Assembly (NCBI GenBank): GCA_019751945.1
Contig: JAIEMT010000003.1
Coordinates: forward strand, 34,993-98,992
Length of the DNA stretch: 64,000 nt
Direction: 5' to 3'
Source: a bacterium
Lineage (GTDB): Bacteria > Bdellovibrionota > UBA1018
The notes under the pieces were generated by a model. That model was not told the DNA's origin. It saw only the letters and a list, made by a program, of their open reading frames with translations, and made no database searches. The position numbers were made by a program, and so were the translations under genes. Positions 27,861-37,668 of the stretch are shown piece by piece. The first letter of the stretch is position 1. Each line of letters begins with the position of its first letter.

Positions 27861-29277
27861 CTTACTTCTGACTTCGTGGAGCTGGGCGACGACAAACGTC
27901 TATCCCATTTCTCCTTGGTCTCGTTCGGTCGGGACTTCTGCTGTCGCCTACTCCGTCACACCCACCGCTTATGCGGGCGACACGAATTATAAAATCAATT
28001 ACGATTTCACGGTTCTTTCAACAGCTGCGGGAGAAGTTAGTGCTCGAAGCGGCGCCGGTCAACAAAGCCTGATCGACAATACGAACATGCTGTTGTTCAC
28101 GGTTTATTCCAGCAAAACAGATATCGGAGATCCTGCTAGAAATTACATCCTCACTGTGACCATGAACGCCAACAGTGCAGATAGCCGAGTCCCGATCGCC
28201 TTTTTTGGGAACCTCTCAACCGAAACCACAGGAACAGACTGTAACTCTACCGATTGCATCACGGAAACTTTAGCCGACGGAACTTCTTTCTTCGCCGCCG
28301 TTCCTCTCGCCACCAAGGGAATGCCCGCTACGATTGGCATTTATGTTGCCGACATCTGCAAATTCGCGCTCAGTCACTATGGAGCGCCAGAAACGGCCGC
28401 CACTCTTTGTTCCTCTGCGGGAACGAACAACGTCGCAACCGTCGATGCCACATCCGGATACAAAACACTCCCCCTCAAATTTAATATTTACCAAACTACA
28501 GGTGGCAGCACGAATGTCACGGCAGCCAGCGGTTCCACCACTGAAACCGATTCCATCACCATCAAAGCTCAGCTTTCTCAGCCGACCCTGACTTGCCCTG
28601 CAAATCTTTACGCCTCCTATTTTCCGGGAGATGAACAAATCTACGTCGACACCGGTCTTTTCGGTGGAGGTACTGCTATCAGCGGAAATGCAGTAGGCAC
28701 CACCCTGGTAGGCCTGGCTAGTCGGACGGCGACGCCGACGCCGTCGTCCTATCAAGCCATTGGCCGTATGCCCATTCAGTCCGGCCAGCAACCTTTCGGT
28801 GGTTTTGTGAACACCACCGACGGAACGGACAATGCCTACAACATCAGTTATCGGCTTCGCGACGACTCGGGAGTATTTTCCAACGCGGACCCCCTTTGCG
28901 AATTCACCGGCGTTAAAACTTCTGCCATCTACGGATTTCTGAAACAAGGTCAGTGCTTCATTGCTACGGCAGCATTTCAATCTGATAAGGCAGCGCCCGT
29001 CAGTCTCTTGCGAGAATTTCGAGGAGAGGTGCTGCTCAAGTCCGTCTTAGGTCGCGCTTTTGTCCGTTGGTATTATTCTTGGTCGCCCGATGCTGCGCTC
29101 TGGCTCTTAGAAAATCCGGACTTTAGGCAACCCGTTTTATCCTTGCTCTTACCACTTCAGATCTTCGCTTGGATCTGCTTGCGTCCCTTACTGCTAGCTG
29201 CGTTGGTGCTTGCGGGGATTGCGGCTCTCTTAGGGTCTCGGTTCCTAGTTCCGCGAACCTTGCGGGAGGTCGAATGA
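27817..29277 (+). CDS. secreted Thr/Ser-rich protein with conserved C-terminal CFIATAAF-hydrophobic domain
   Basis: Signal peptide; C-terminus CFIATAAFQSD...LREFRGEVLL...GRAFVRWYYSWSP followed by TM-like tail (see finding). Confidence 0.5.
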   Translation: MPSKLAKFCFALSFSLLLTSWSWATTNVYPISPWSRSVGTSAVAYSVTPTAYAGDTNYKINYDFTVLSTAAGEVSARSGAGQQSLIDNTNMLLFTVYSSKTDIGDPARNYILTVTMNANSADSRVPIAFFGNLSTETTGTDCNSTDCITETLADGTSFFAAVPLATKGMPATIGIYVADICKFALSHYGAPETAATLCSSAGTNNVATVDATSGYKTLPLKFNIYQTTGGSTNVTAASGSTTETDSITIKAQLSQPTLTCPANLYASYFPGDEQIYVDTGLFGGGTAISGNAVGTTLVGLASRTATPTPSSYQAIGRMPIQSGQQPFGGFVNTTDGTDNAYNISYRLRDDSGVFSNADPLCEFTGVKTSAIYGFLKQGQCFIATAAFQSDKAAPVSLLREFRGEVLLKSVLGRAFVRWYYSWSPDAALWLLENPDFRQPVLSLLLPLQIFAWICLRPLLLAALVLAGIAALLGSRFLVPRTLREVE

Positions 29278-30278
29278 GAATTCGAACTCTGAGCTTCGTG
29301 AGTCTGACCTTGATCTCGCTTTCGGCCTTTGCCGAACCAGAACTTCAACCCTACATCGATCAGCTGAAGAGCACTCTCCCCGAAGAGAAGCGAGTGCCTG
29401 ATCCAACAGATAGCAACCCGTCTCCATTCATCGACTCCATCAATGCCCAGGCAAAAGATAAGAAAACGGAAACCGATGAAGAATCCTACACCGAACACTT
29501 GAAGAAGACGGATCCGAAGCTCCGTGAAAATGAAGACGCCAAGCCCTTCACTGAAGAAGCGAAGAAAACACTGGGTCCAGGTGAACCCACTGACGGAGCG
29601 ATTGCAGCGGTCACTCAGGGAAAATCGGAACTTCACCCCCGATTGGATGGCGAAATTCACAACGCCTTTGGATTCTCTGTCGGCGGTGGTGGAACTAGAA
29701 ACCTAAGCGCTCCTTCGGATGTTCAAGGCGCAAATTTCAACACCCTTTACGGCAGCGGCTGGGCCCCCGACCTGAGATTCTTTTACGAGTACCAACCCTT
29801 TCACAGCGAATGGTTTGGAAACTTCGGCATCATTGCATCCGGTGCAGTGGCCATTCATACGGGAACGGGCGCCTTCGATCAGAACGTCGATGTGGGTGCT
29901 TCCACTAATTTTGGGAGCTCGTCACAAACCCAGTTTCGATTCCTCACCCTTCCGGCAACAGTCGGCGTAATTTATCGATTCAATCTGCTCCGAGTTATCC
30001 GCCCCTTTGTCTCCGTGAGCGCTGCCGCGGTTGGCTTCATTGAAAGCCGCTCGGACCGAGAAGCGACGATGTCGGGATACTCTTTGGGTTACCAAGCCGT
30101 TGGCGGCGTGAATATTTTGCTCAACGGCGTCAGTAAGGGCGCTCTTTGGGAGCTTTACTCCAGCGCCGATGTGAAGAAATATTACCTCACCGTAGACTTT
30201 ACCCGCCTACAAACCATTATTCGTCCCGTACGATTTGAAATTTCTGCAGTAAACATTGGCTTCACTTTCGAGTATTAA
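29274..30278 (+). CDS. putative outer-membrane beta-barrel protein
   Basis: Signal peptide MRIRTLSFVSLTLISLSAFA; alternating amphipathic strands; C-terminal ...NIGFTFEY aromatic terminus; ATGA overlap with upstream gene. Confidence 0.45.
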   Translation: MRIRTLSFVSLTLISLSAFAEPELQPYIDQLKSTLPEEKRVPDPTDSNPSPFIDSINAQAKDKKTETDEESYTEHLKKTDPKLRENEDAKPFTEEAKKTLGPGEPTDGAIAAVTQGKSELHPRLDGEIHNAFGFSVGGGGTRNLSAPSDVQGANFNTLYGSGWAPDLRFFYEYQPFHSEWFGNFGIIASGAVAIHTGTGAFDQNVDVGASTNFGSSSQTQFRFLTLPATVGVIYRFNLLRVIRPFVSVSAAAVGFIESRSDREATMSGYSLGYQAVGGVNILLNGVSKGALWELYSSADVKKYYLTVDFTRLQTIIRPVRFEISAVNIGFTFEY

Positions 30279-30289
30279 CTCAACAGACC

Positions 30290-31120
30290 ATGTGGAAATA
30301 CGCTTTACTCCTTTCTTACCGCGGCACCGATTTCTGCGGCTGGCAGAAACAACGGGGCGTCGCCGCTGAAGGCCTCCCCAGCATTCAGGCCACGATCGAA
30401 GCGGCTTTGAAAAGGATTACGCAAGAACCGGTCTCCGTTGTGGGAAGTGGTCGAACCGACTCGGGTGTGCATGCCCTGGGGCAGGTGGCCCACTTTGTTT
30501 TAAAAGGGGAACGTCACTGGGAATGCGAAATCCTTCGCCGCGGATTGAACGCCATTCTCTCCCCCCAGCAAATTCAAGTACGAGCAGTGATAGAAGCCCC
30601 GATGGATTTTCATGCGCAGCGCGGAGCGGAAAAAAAACAATACAGCTATTACTTTCAACAAGGCACCGCACCCCTCCCCCATCTGGAGCCTTTCAGCTGG
30701 TGGATTCGAAAGCCCCTCGACGTGAAAGCCATGCAAGAGGGCATTGCCCATTTGCTCGGTCGACATGACTTCAAACCCTTCCAAGCCTCCGGAGCCAAGC
30801 CGGGCGAAACGGTCCGTGAAATTTTAGAAGCCGAGGTGATTCAGGGACCGATCGGTTATCCCGTCTACCACGACAGTGTCATGGAGCACGAAAACCTAGG
30901 CCTGGTTCGCGTCCGAATCGTGGGAACGGGATTCTTGAAACAGATGGTTCGAGGCATTGCGGGCACCCTCCTTCAAGTGGGGGAAGGTCGCCGCCCAGCT
31001 AGCGACTTTGCCAAGATTCTTAGTACCGGGAAACGGGCTCTGGTAGGGCCTACAGCGCCATCCCGTGCCCTCTGGTTAGAGCGGGTTTGGTACCCCGATT
31101 TGGACTGGAGGAAAAGTTGA
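30290..31120 (+). CDS. truA: tRNA pseudouridine(38-40) synthase
   Basis: YRGTDFCGWQKQ and GSGRTDSGVHALGQVAHF catalytic-Asp motif. Confidence 0.85.
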   Translation: MWKYALLLSYRGTDFCGWQKQRGVAAEGLPSIQATIEAALKRITQEPVSVVGSGRTDSGVHALGQVAHFVLKGERHWECEILRRGLNAILSPQQIQVRAVIEAPMDFHAQRGAEKKQYSYYFQQGTAPLPHLEPFSWWIRKPLDVKAMQEGIAHLLGRHDFKPFQASGAKPGETVREILEAEVIQGPIGYPVYHDSVMEHENLGLVRVRIVGTGFLKQMVRGIAGTLLQVGEGRRPASDFAKILSTGKRALVGPTAPSRALWLERVWYPDLDWRKS

Positions 31121-31155
31121 CTTTTGCACTGCTGGTCGCATAAGAATAAGGCACA

Positions 31156-32517
31156 ATGAATCTTACAGTCGATGTCGAAAAGTCGTCCAATGTTGTCCGC
31201 AAACTCACCGTCAAGGTCCCAGCTGCCACCGTCGCCGAACACTTCGAGCGCGGGCTTGCTGAAGTTCAAAAGACCGCCAACGTCAAAGGCTTCCGCCAAG
31301 GGCATGTCCCGATTACCGTCATCAAGCAGATGTACGGCGATGACGTTCGTCACAAAGTTTTTCACAATTTAATCGAGGAGTCCTATCGCCAAGCCGTGCG
31401 GCAGAGCAACCTCATGCCCGTGGGCAATCCCAAGATTGAAACTCCGGATCACAAGACCGGCGAAGGCGCTCACGACCACTCCTTAAAAGAAGATCAGGAT
31501 CTCAACTACACCGCCACTGTTGAAATCATGCCTGAGATTCAAGTGAAGTCTTACAAGGGCATCGCGCTGAAAAAAGATTCCGTTGCCATCACCGATCAAG
31601 ACGTTGAACTCATCATTAAAAATCTCCGCGACTCTCAAGCCGAACTCATTCCAGTAGCAGGCGGATTGATCTTGGCAGACGGACAGCAATCGTCCCGTGC
31701 AGTGAAGACCGGCGATTACGTTGACATGGAATTTGAAGGCGGCGTCGTTACCGAAACCGGAATCAATAAGCTGGAGGGCATGAAGGGCTCCCGCATGATT
31801 GAAGTCGGCGGCAACACCCTCATTCCAGGATTTGAATCCAACATCGAAGGAATGAAACGCGGAGAAACCAAAACCTTCCGCATCAAATTTCCAGAAGATT
31901 ACGGCGATGCTCAACTCTCGGGCAAGGATGCAGAATTCACCGTAAAGGTGAACGAGCTGAAGGAAAAGAAACTTCCCGAGCTGAACGACGAGTTCGTCAA
32001 GACCATGGGTTATGAAAACCTCACCGACTTGATGACGAAAGCTCGCGACCATCTCACGAAGGAACGTGCGCAAGAAGTGGAACGCAAATTGAAGAGCGAT
32101 CTTCTTCAGGCATTGATCGACAAGAACCCCTTCGAAGTTCCGATGGTCTTGGTTCAAACTCAGACCCGAGCGCTAGCCCAAGACATTGCTGAAAACTTAA
32201 AGAACCAGGGCTACACCGAACAGCTGATCCAAGAGATGCTGGGTTCTGAATTCGAAAATTTAAAGAAACGCGCTGAAACCCAGGTTCGTTCCAGCCTCTT
32301 GCTCGAAGCGATTTCGAAGAAAGAAAACATCGAACTCGAACAAGGTGCGGTCGATTCTGAAATCGACAAGATTGCTGCCTCCATGAAAGTGGAAGTGGAT
32401 CGCTTGAAGGACTACTACAATAAGAATCCGAAGTTCTTGGAAGACCTGGAATACAAGCTGCGCGAAGAACAGACGGTGAAGTTCTTGCTCGGCCAATCCA
32501 AGGTCAGCGAAAAGTAA
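31156..32517 (+). CDS. tig: trigger factor
   Basis: 453 aa; ribosome-binding GFRQGHVP (GFRxGxxP) motif; FKBP-type middle domain. Confidence 0.9.
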   Translation: MNLTVDVEKSSNVVRKLTVKVPAATVAEHFERGLAEVQKTANVKGFRQGHVPITVIKQMYGDDVRHKVFHNLIEESYRQAVRQSNLMPVGNPKIETPDHKTGEGAHDHSLKEDQDLNYTATVEIMPEIQVKSYKGIALKKDSVAITDQDVELIIKNLRDSQAELIPVAGGLILADGQQSSRAVKTGDYVDMEFEGGVVTETGINKLEGMKGSRMIEVGGNTLIPGFESNIEGMKRGETKTFRIKFPEDYGDAQLSGKDAEFTVKVNELKEKKLPELNDEFVKTMGYENLTDLMTKARDHLTKERAQEVERKLKSDLLQALIDKNPFEVPMVLVQTQTRALAQDIAENLKNQGYTEQLIQEMLGSEFENLKKRAETQVRSSLLLEAISKKENIELEQGAVDSEIDKIAASMKVEVDRLKDYYNKNPKFLEDLEYKLREEQTVKFLLGQSKVSEK

Positions 32518-32535
32518 AATAGGGTTCGATCAGCT

Positions 32536-33372
32536 CTATTTCTTTCGCGCCGGAATATTTAACGCCGATACCGAAGTCAAATTGCCGTAACGGGCTGCCA
32601 CTTTAATCTGAGTATCGTCTTTGCGGGTGGCCTCGAGCAGATGGAGATGCCCACACCCCGTCTGTTTCACATCGTTACTATCGGTTTCCCAATCCGCAGC
32701 GCAGCTCACGTCTTCTTTCGTGCCGTCTTCACAGGAAGCAATCGCTTCGTACTTCAGATACTCGCTGTGTGCCGAACCCACGGAGGCCGGGGCCAAGCGA
32801 ACATCTAACCGAGTGAGCGCCTTTCTCAGACGAATGACTCGCGTCCCTTTTCGTGCTCCCATCCAATCGGCCTCCACACCCACATCGGCATGTACGCATC
32901 CAAACGTCAAAGTGTTGTCGCTGAGTCGAGCGCGATGAGGAACCACGACCCAAGTCACTTCGTCAGTGACATCGGTCTTCCGACCATCCGCATATTTCAA
33001 AACTGCACGCAGCTTGGCCTTCTTTCCTCGGTAGATCGGGTCTTCTGGGTCCGACAAAATCTCGACGGTCTGAACGCTGTGATTTTCTGGGAGCCCTCGA
33101 TAATAAGGAGCTGAGCCACCTTGACGTTGATAGAAGCGCGTCTCCATTCCCCATTCTCGAAGCAACGGATAGAAGCTACCTTGAGTTTCCAAAAGCTCTT
33201 TACGCTGTGCGCGAGTGAGATCGGGAAAGTACGCGACGTAGACTTTCTTCTGATCCGCGTCGAGCATGCGATAGAGTTCTGGCGCCTCTTTCACGAACGA
33301 TGTCGCGCAGCTGCTCACTACCCCACCGACTGCTGCTGTCAAAAAAAAGAACAGTAACTGTAAAGTTTTCAT
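32536..33372 (-). CDS. lipoprotein, hypothetical
   Basis: Signal plus lipobox VVSSC; several Cys pairs; no known domain. Confidence 0.45.
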   Translation of the reverse strand: MKTLQLLFFFLTAAVGGVVSSCATSFVKEAPELYRMLDADQKKVYVAYFPDLTRAQRKELLETQGSFYPLLREWGMETRFYQRQGGSAPYYRGLPENHSVQTVEILSDPEDPIYRGKKAKLRAVLKYADGRKTDVTDEVTWVVVPHRARLSDNTLTFGCVHADVGVEADWMGARKGTRVIRLRKALTRLDVRLAPASVGSAHSEYLKYEAIASCEDGTKEDVSCAADWETDSNDVKQTGCGHLHLLEATRKDDTQIKVAARYGNLTSVSALNIPARKK

Positions 33373-33412
33373 TCAACCGTCCCGATAGCGTCCTTAGGAC
33401 GGTAAAATTACC

Positions 33413-34456
33413 ATGAAAGCAAAAAAGACCAAAGTTCGAAGAAAGACACTGAAGTCGAAAGCTCGCCGGAAATCGGTTTCGCGCACGTGGCGCGGACTCA
33501 CCTCGACCGTGACTTCTACAGTCGCCTCGATGATGACACCCAAAATGAAAAAATTCTTCAAAGACCCCCGCAATGTTTTCGGTACGGCGTCAGCTGCACT
33601 AGTCGCGATGGTCTTCGCGTTCCACTTCGGAACTTCGAAGGGCGTATCGATTCAGGCCCCCGCCTTCACCGGAAAAATGCCGGCGGAATTTGCGAAAACC
33701 ATGGGAATGAACATGGGCGACCGTGTGGCTCACTGGACTCGCGCATTGGCAAACACCGATGGCATGAGAGCCAAGATCATGAAATATGGAACGGCTCCAA
33801 AGATCGGCGATACCGCCGCGTTGGTTCCCTCCAAGTTTGATTGCACCACTTTTGTTGAAACGGTTGTCGCTCTTTCCCGCAGCAAAAATCCGAATGAGTT
33901 CTATCCGAATCTCTTGGCAGTTCGTTACAAGAACTCGGAGCCGACCTTCTTGACCCGCAATCATTTTCCGGAAGCGGACTGGCTCCCGAACAATATGAAC
34001 GCAGGCATTCTTCGCGACATCACGGCTCAAGTCGGCCGTGCAGCCGGTGTTTCCTACCAAACGGAAGGAAAAGAAGTTCACAAAGCAGCTTGGCTGAACG
34101 CGCAAGTGAAACAAGGCAAAGTTTCTCGAAGCATCGCTTCGTCGACCGACAAATCTTGGTCACAAACCACGTACGCTGAAGTTCGCTACATTCCGGTTGC
34201 TGATGTTGACAAAGTGTTGAACTCCATTCCGAACGGAACGGTGATCAACATGGTTCGCAAGAACAACCCGAAATGGCCGGTGATCATCACTCACCAAGGT
34301 TTCGTGGTTCGCGTCGACGGTAAAGTTTATCTGCGACACGCTCTCGAAGGCGGCGCCATGAAAGTAGTTCCTCTGTCGGACTACATCCATTCATTAGCGA
34401 AGCAACGCGGAACGTGGCCGCTCATCGGTATCAATCTGAACGAAGTCCAGGGGTAA
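33413..34456 (+). CDS. membrane-anchored hypothetical protein with Lys/Arg-rich N-terminus
   Basis: Basic N-terminal 40 aa, one TM helix, then globular domain with conserved Cys (FDCTTFVETV); possible hydrolase fold, unverified. Confidence 0.4.
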   Translation: MKAKKTKVRRKTLKSKARRKSVSRTWRGLTSTVTSTVASMMTPKMKKFFKDPRNVFGTASAALVAMVFAFHFGTSKGVSIQAPAFTGKMPAEFAKTMGMNMGDRVAHWTRALANTDGMRAKIMKYGTAPKIGDTAALVPSKFDCTTFVETVVALSRSKNPNEFYPNLLAVRYKNSEPTFLTRNHFPEADWLPNNMNAGILRDITAQVGRAAGVSYQTEGKEVHKAAWLNAQVKQGKVSRSIASSTDKSWSQTTYAEVRYIPVADVDKVLNSIPNGTVINMVRKNNPKWPVIITHQGFVVRVDGKVYLRHALEGGAMKVVPLSDYIHSLAKQRGTWPLIGINLNEVQG

Positions 34457-34457
34457 G

Positions 34458-36437
34458 TCACTGCGGGGCGGCCAGGCCTAAAATCTTGGCCGCCTTCGCA
34501 TACGCTTGATCCATCATCGTCTCCGGATCAAACACTCTCACCTGAATCTCAATCCCACCTGTTGAATTCAATTCTCGCTTCAGCAGCTTCTTAGTCACAG
34601 CCGATTCTAATAACACCTGTCGAACCTGTTCTTCGGTCAGAGCGGGGTACTTTGCCAAAATCAAAGTGGCAGCAGCAGAAATCGCTGGAGTGGAACACGA
34701 CGTTCCTCCCACGCAACGTTTGTCATAAGATTCGTACGCATAGATATCCACCGGCGATCCGTAGTTCGAGTAAGAAGCAACCTCATCAAAGCCCGAGAGC
34801 GATTGCGACGCTCTTCTCAGAGCCCCCACACAGAGAATTCTGGAGAGCGGCCGATTCTGCGCCGGTACATCCAACATACAACTCGGCAGCTTATTGCTGT
34901 CCAAACTCAAACCACTGTTCCCTGCACTCATTACCCAGAGCCACGGGGTATTTTGAAAGAACTGGTCGTCTTTTATGGAGCGAAGAAGGGGCTGCATCAT
35001 GAAGGACATCGAAAGGGATACGATGCGCGGTTTTACCGGCGCATCCATTGCCGAAACCATGGCATCCCAAGTGCCAGCAAAAACCCCACGCCAAGTTCCA
35101 CGACCCTCGTGATTTCCGGAATTTTGTTGGCCCGCTAAGATCTGTCGAAGCGACTGCACCTTCCACATCGCCACATCGACTTTACGTTGTTCCAACGTTT
35201 CTTTGGAAAGCGAACCCACCAACGTGAGCAAGCTGGCCATCGTTCCCGTTCCGTGACCAAAAAGACCACCCGAATCTCCAGGCAACCAAGCGTTGCTGTC
35301 GTGATCGGTGGCATCAATCGAAGAAATTTCTCCGCTCTTCCCCTGACCCATGAACATTCCGAGCTCTGGAAAAGTTTGGAAGTCGACACCGGAATCCATG
35401 AACGCCACTCGGACAGCATCAGAAGCCGCTGCGGGGTGTACCGGCAACTCCGGATTATCACTGTCGCGCGCTTTTTTATAATCCGCGACCGCCGAAGCGA
35501 AAACCGTGTTCCCTAGAACAAAGCGATCGAGATATTCTTCGACCAGGGAGAAAAGCGGGTGCCGCTTTTGAAAATCAATCGGTGTAAAAATTTCGTCCGG
35601 CGTGGCGGGCAAGAGCGCTCCCCAGAGCAGGTAGCCCGTGTGAGCCGAAATATCTGGAATAGTATACGGCGTGGGGAGCGAGAAGTTCTTCTGAACTTCC
35701 GGCATTCCCGCAACGGTTTCAAACCAGAGTCGATCGGGCTCGGTAACATCGAGAGCACGCAGAAGCGCTTTCACTCTATCCAAATGAGCAAAGGCTTCCA
35801 GCGTAGCCCGATTCTGCTTTAAATAATCCACCACGCGAGCGCTGGCCTCTTTCAATGCCTTTTGGCGCTGAACGGACAAGGCATGAAGCTCGTCTAGTTC
35901 GGAGTCTTCATAGCGGGCGCGAGCCAGCTGACTTAAATCCTGCCGCATCCGACTCAGAAGCGAATTGTCTGGCTGATGCCCACCCAGGTACTCCGCCAGT
36001 TCTTTTAAACTCAGCCGAGAAAGCGGTTTCTGATCTTCCGGTAATCTAAAAAACTGAAAATGCTGGAAAGCCAGCCGAGTAACGTCATCGGCTGGCTCCA
36101 GCAAGTCGTGTGTGCAAAACAGTAATGAGACTAGTGCAGCTTGCTTCTGTCGAGTGCTTGCCGCCGGATCAAACGGAATCAAAGATCGGCACTCAGACGG
36201 GGTCTTTACCCCCATACTGGGCGCCTGCGGAGTCACGACCTCAAACCGGTCACTTCCCGGTACGTAGTCCGTAGCTCTCCACTTTTGGTTGATTTCGTTG
36301 AGTCGACGAATGGTTTCGCCTGAGACCAGTTCATCCACCGCCTTCTGCGTTGGATTGCCCTGCCCACAGGCCGATAATACAAATAATCCTACAGCAACGG
36401 CGATGCCGCCGCTGTACTTCCCCCTGGATTCCTTCAA
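34458..36437 (-). CDS. subtilisin-like (S8) serine peptidase lipoprotein with long N-terminal extension
   Basis: Lipobox LSAC; catalytic triad motifs AFMDSGVD (Asp), HGTGTMAS (His), GTSCSTP (Ser); about 350-aa N-terminal region of unknown function. Confidence 0.7.
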   Translation of the reverse strand: MKESRGKYSGGIAVAVGLFVLSACGQGNPTQKAVDELVSGETIRRLNEINQKWRATDYVPGSDRFEVVTPQAPSMGVKTPSECRSLIPFDPAASTRQKQAALVSLLFCTHDLLEPADDVTRLAFQHFQFFRLPEDQKPLSRLSLKELAEYLGGHQPDNSLLSRMRQDLSQLARARYEDSELDELHALSVQRQKALKEASARVVDYLKQNRATLEAFAHLDRVKALLRALDVTEPDRLWFETVAGMPEVQKNFSLPTPYTIPDISAHTGYLLWGALLPATPDEIFTPIDFQKRHPLFSLVEEYLDRFVLGNTVFASAVADYKKARDSDNPELPVHPAAASDAVRVAFMDSGVDFQTFPELGMFMGQGKSGEISSIDATDHDSNAWLPGDSGGLFGHGTGTMASLLTLVGSLSKETLEQRKVDVAMWKVQSLRQILAGQQNSGNHEGRGTWRGVFAGTWDAMVSAMDAPVKPRIVSLSMSFMMQPLLRSIKDDQFFQNTPWLWVMSAGNSGLSLDSNKLPSCMLDVPAQNRPLSRILCVGALRRASQSLSGFDEVASYSNYGSPVDIYAYESYDKRCVGGTSCSTPAISAAATLILAKYPALTEEQVRQVLLESAVTKKLLKRELNSTGGIEIQVRVFDPETMMDQAYAKAAKILGLAAPQ

Positions 36438-36613
36438 GAAAGTTCCCCCCCGGAAATTTTCCTGGGCGCCGATTATCCCGCCCCCAATTCAAATACAAGG
36501 CACACCGTCCCAATAGCCGCTCCAGGACTCTGGCGGGGAGCGCAAGAATTTGCTTGTCCCGAGCCCCCTCTCTTGTTAGCTAAGGATTTCAATCCAATGT
36601 GACTATGTGAGGT

Positions 36614-36688
36614 TGGGGTGTCGACAAGCGGTAAGTCACTGGATTTTGATTCCAGTATTCCTAGGTTCGAATCCTAGCACCCCAGCCA
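36614..36688 (+). tRNA. tRNA-Gln (anticodon TTG)
   Basis: Manual fold: acceptor TGGGGTG/CACCCCA with U1:A72; D-arm GACA-AGCGGTA-AGTC; anticodon stem CTGGA/TCCAG with loop TTTTGAT; T-arm CTAGG-TTCGAAT-CCTAG; discriminator G; CCA encoded. Confidence 0.85.
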
Positions 36689-37259
36689 ACTTTTCATCTC
36701 CTCTTATTTTTATTAGAGTTTTTTCAGGACTTACATTTTTGCGATCAATTGCGATCACCTCAGCCTCCCACTTTCGGTCGGAGACTTTTGTCAGCGCGCT
36801 TGCTTGGCGTTTTGCATACACATACGCTGACTGTGCCGATGAATTGCCAAGAAGCTGCTTTGCAACTTCGAGGTCAGAGGTTTCGTTATAGAGATTTCGA
36901 GTCCCTCCATGCCTCAAAACATGAGTGCCTGTATACGGCAGTCCCGCACTTCTGAAGGCTTGGTCATAGGCGTATTGAATCTGCCTATACTCAAAATGTC
37001 TTCCTCCTGATTCAAAGATCAGTCCTTTGGCTCCTGAAACATGCAAAGCCTCTAAGGCACGGTAGGTCTGTGGAAACATCGGATGTTCCTTAATCCCTTT
37101 ATTGGAATAGGAATTTTTGAAACCTGATTTTACCGCAGACAAGAGCCCCTTCTTTCTGGGCCATGAGACATATCGCACAACTTTGAGTCGAGACCTCTTA
37201 GGGTCGGACTGCAACAAAGTGTCCCGCTTTTTTGTTAACCGGACTTTTGACGCGATCAT
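36636..37259 (-). pseudogene. int: tyrosine recombinase (phage integrase) C-terminal catalytic fragment, separated from its N-terminal part by an IS insertion
   Basis: HVLRHGGTR (HxxR) box and downstream Tyr region; 3' end overlaps the tRNA-Gln 3' end; the first about 13 codons are IS-derived. Confidence 0.7.
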
Positions 37260-37297
37260 TTAAAGGATGATTTAATCTTTTAAACCGCGTCAAAGGA

Positions 37298-37639
37298 GTG
37301 AAGCGAATGGACCAACAAAATCAGAATACCCCACGTAAAAAGTTATCGCCAGACCAGAAGTTTAAAGTCATCAAAGAGCAAATGACGACGAAGACTTCGA
37401 TAAGCGATATTTGCAAAAAGTACGACATTGTTCCGTCGCAGTTTTACAAGTGGCAGGAGAAGTTTCTGAGTGGAGCTTTGGAGGGTTTCAAAAAATCTGA
37501 TGATGGCCCCACCAAGGCAGAACTTCGTAAAATTGATGAGCAGGAAAAAAGAATTCAGAAAATGCAGTCTGCAATCACCGAAATTATCCAGGAAAATATT
37601 GAGTTAAAAAAAAATCTTGGGGCTTCGGGACTTTTGTAG
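37298..37639 (+). CDS. IS3-family transposase OrfA (HTH)
   Basis: Matches IS3/IS911 OrfA pattern (KFKVIKEQMTTKTSISDICKKYDIVPSQFYKWQEKF, leucine-zipper tail); likely ATG at 37307 after GGAG. Confidence 0.8.
   Translation: MKRMDQQNQNTPRKKLSPDQKFKVIKEQMTTKTSISDICKKYDIVPSQFYKWQEKFLSGALEGFKKSDDGPTKAELRKIDEQEKRIQKMQSAITEIIQENIELKKNLGASGLL
37606..37614 (+). other. A9 slippery run, candidate programmed -1 frameshift site for OrfAB fusion
   Basis: A-run at the end of orfA where the orfB frame overlaps; typical of the IS3 family. Confidence 0.5.
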
Positions 37640-37668
37640 AAGTTCCCCCGGCAATCAGACCGCAAATC

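Noticed and set aside
28270-28980. 236-aa ORF antisense to the 27817-29277 secreted-protein gene
   Set aside because: Arg/Gly-rich low-complexity translation typical of the antisense frame of a GC-rich coding region; no start context.
31483-32157. 224-aa ORF antisense to tig
   Set aside because: Antisense artefact within trigger factor.
33599-34114. 171-aa ORF antisense to the 33413-34456 gene
   Set aside because: Antisense artefact; Arg-rich.
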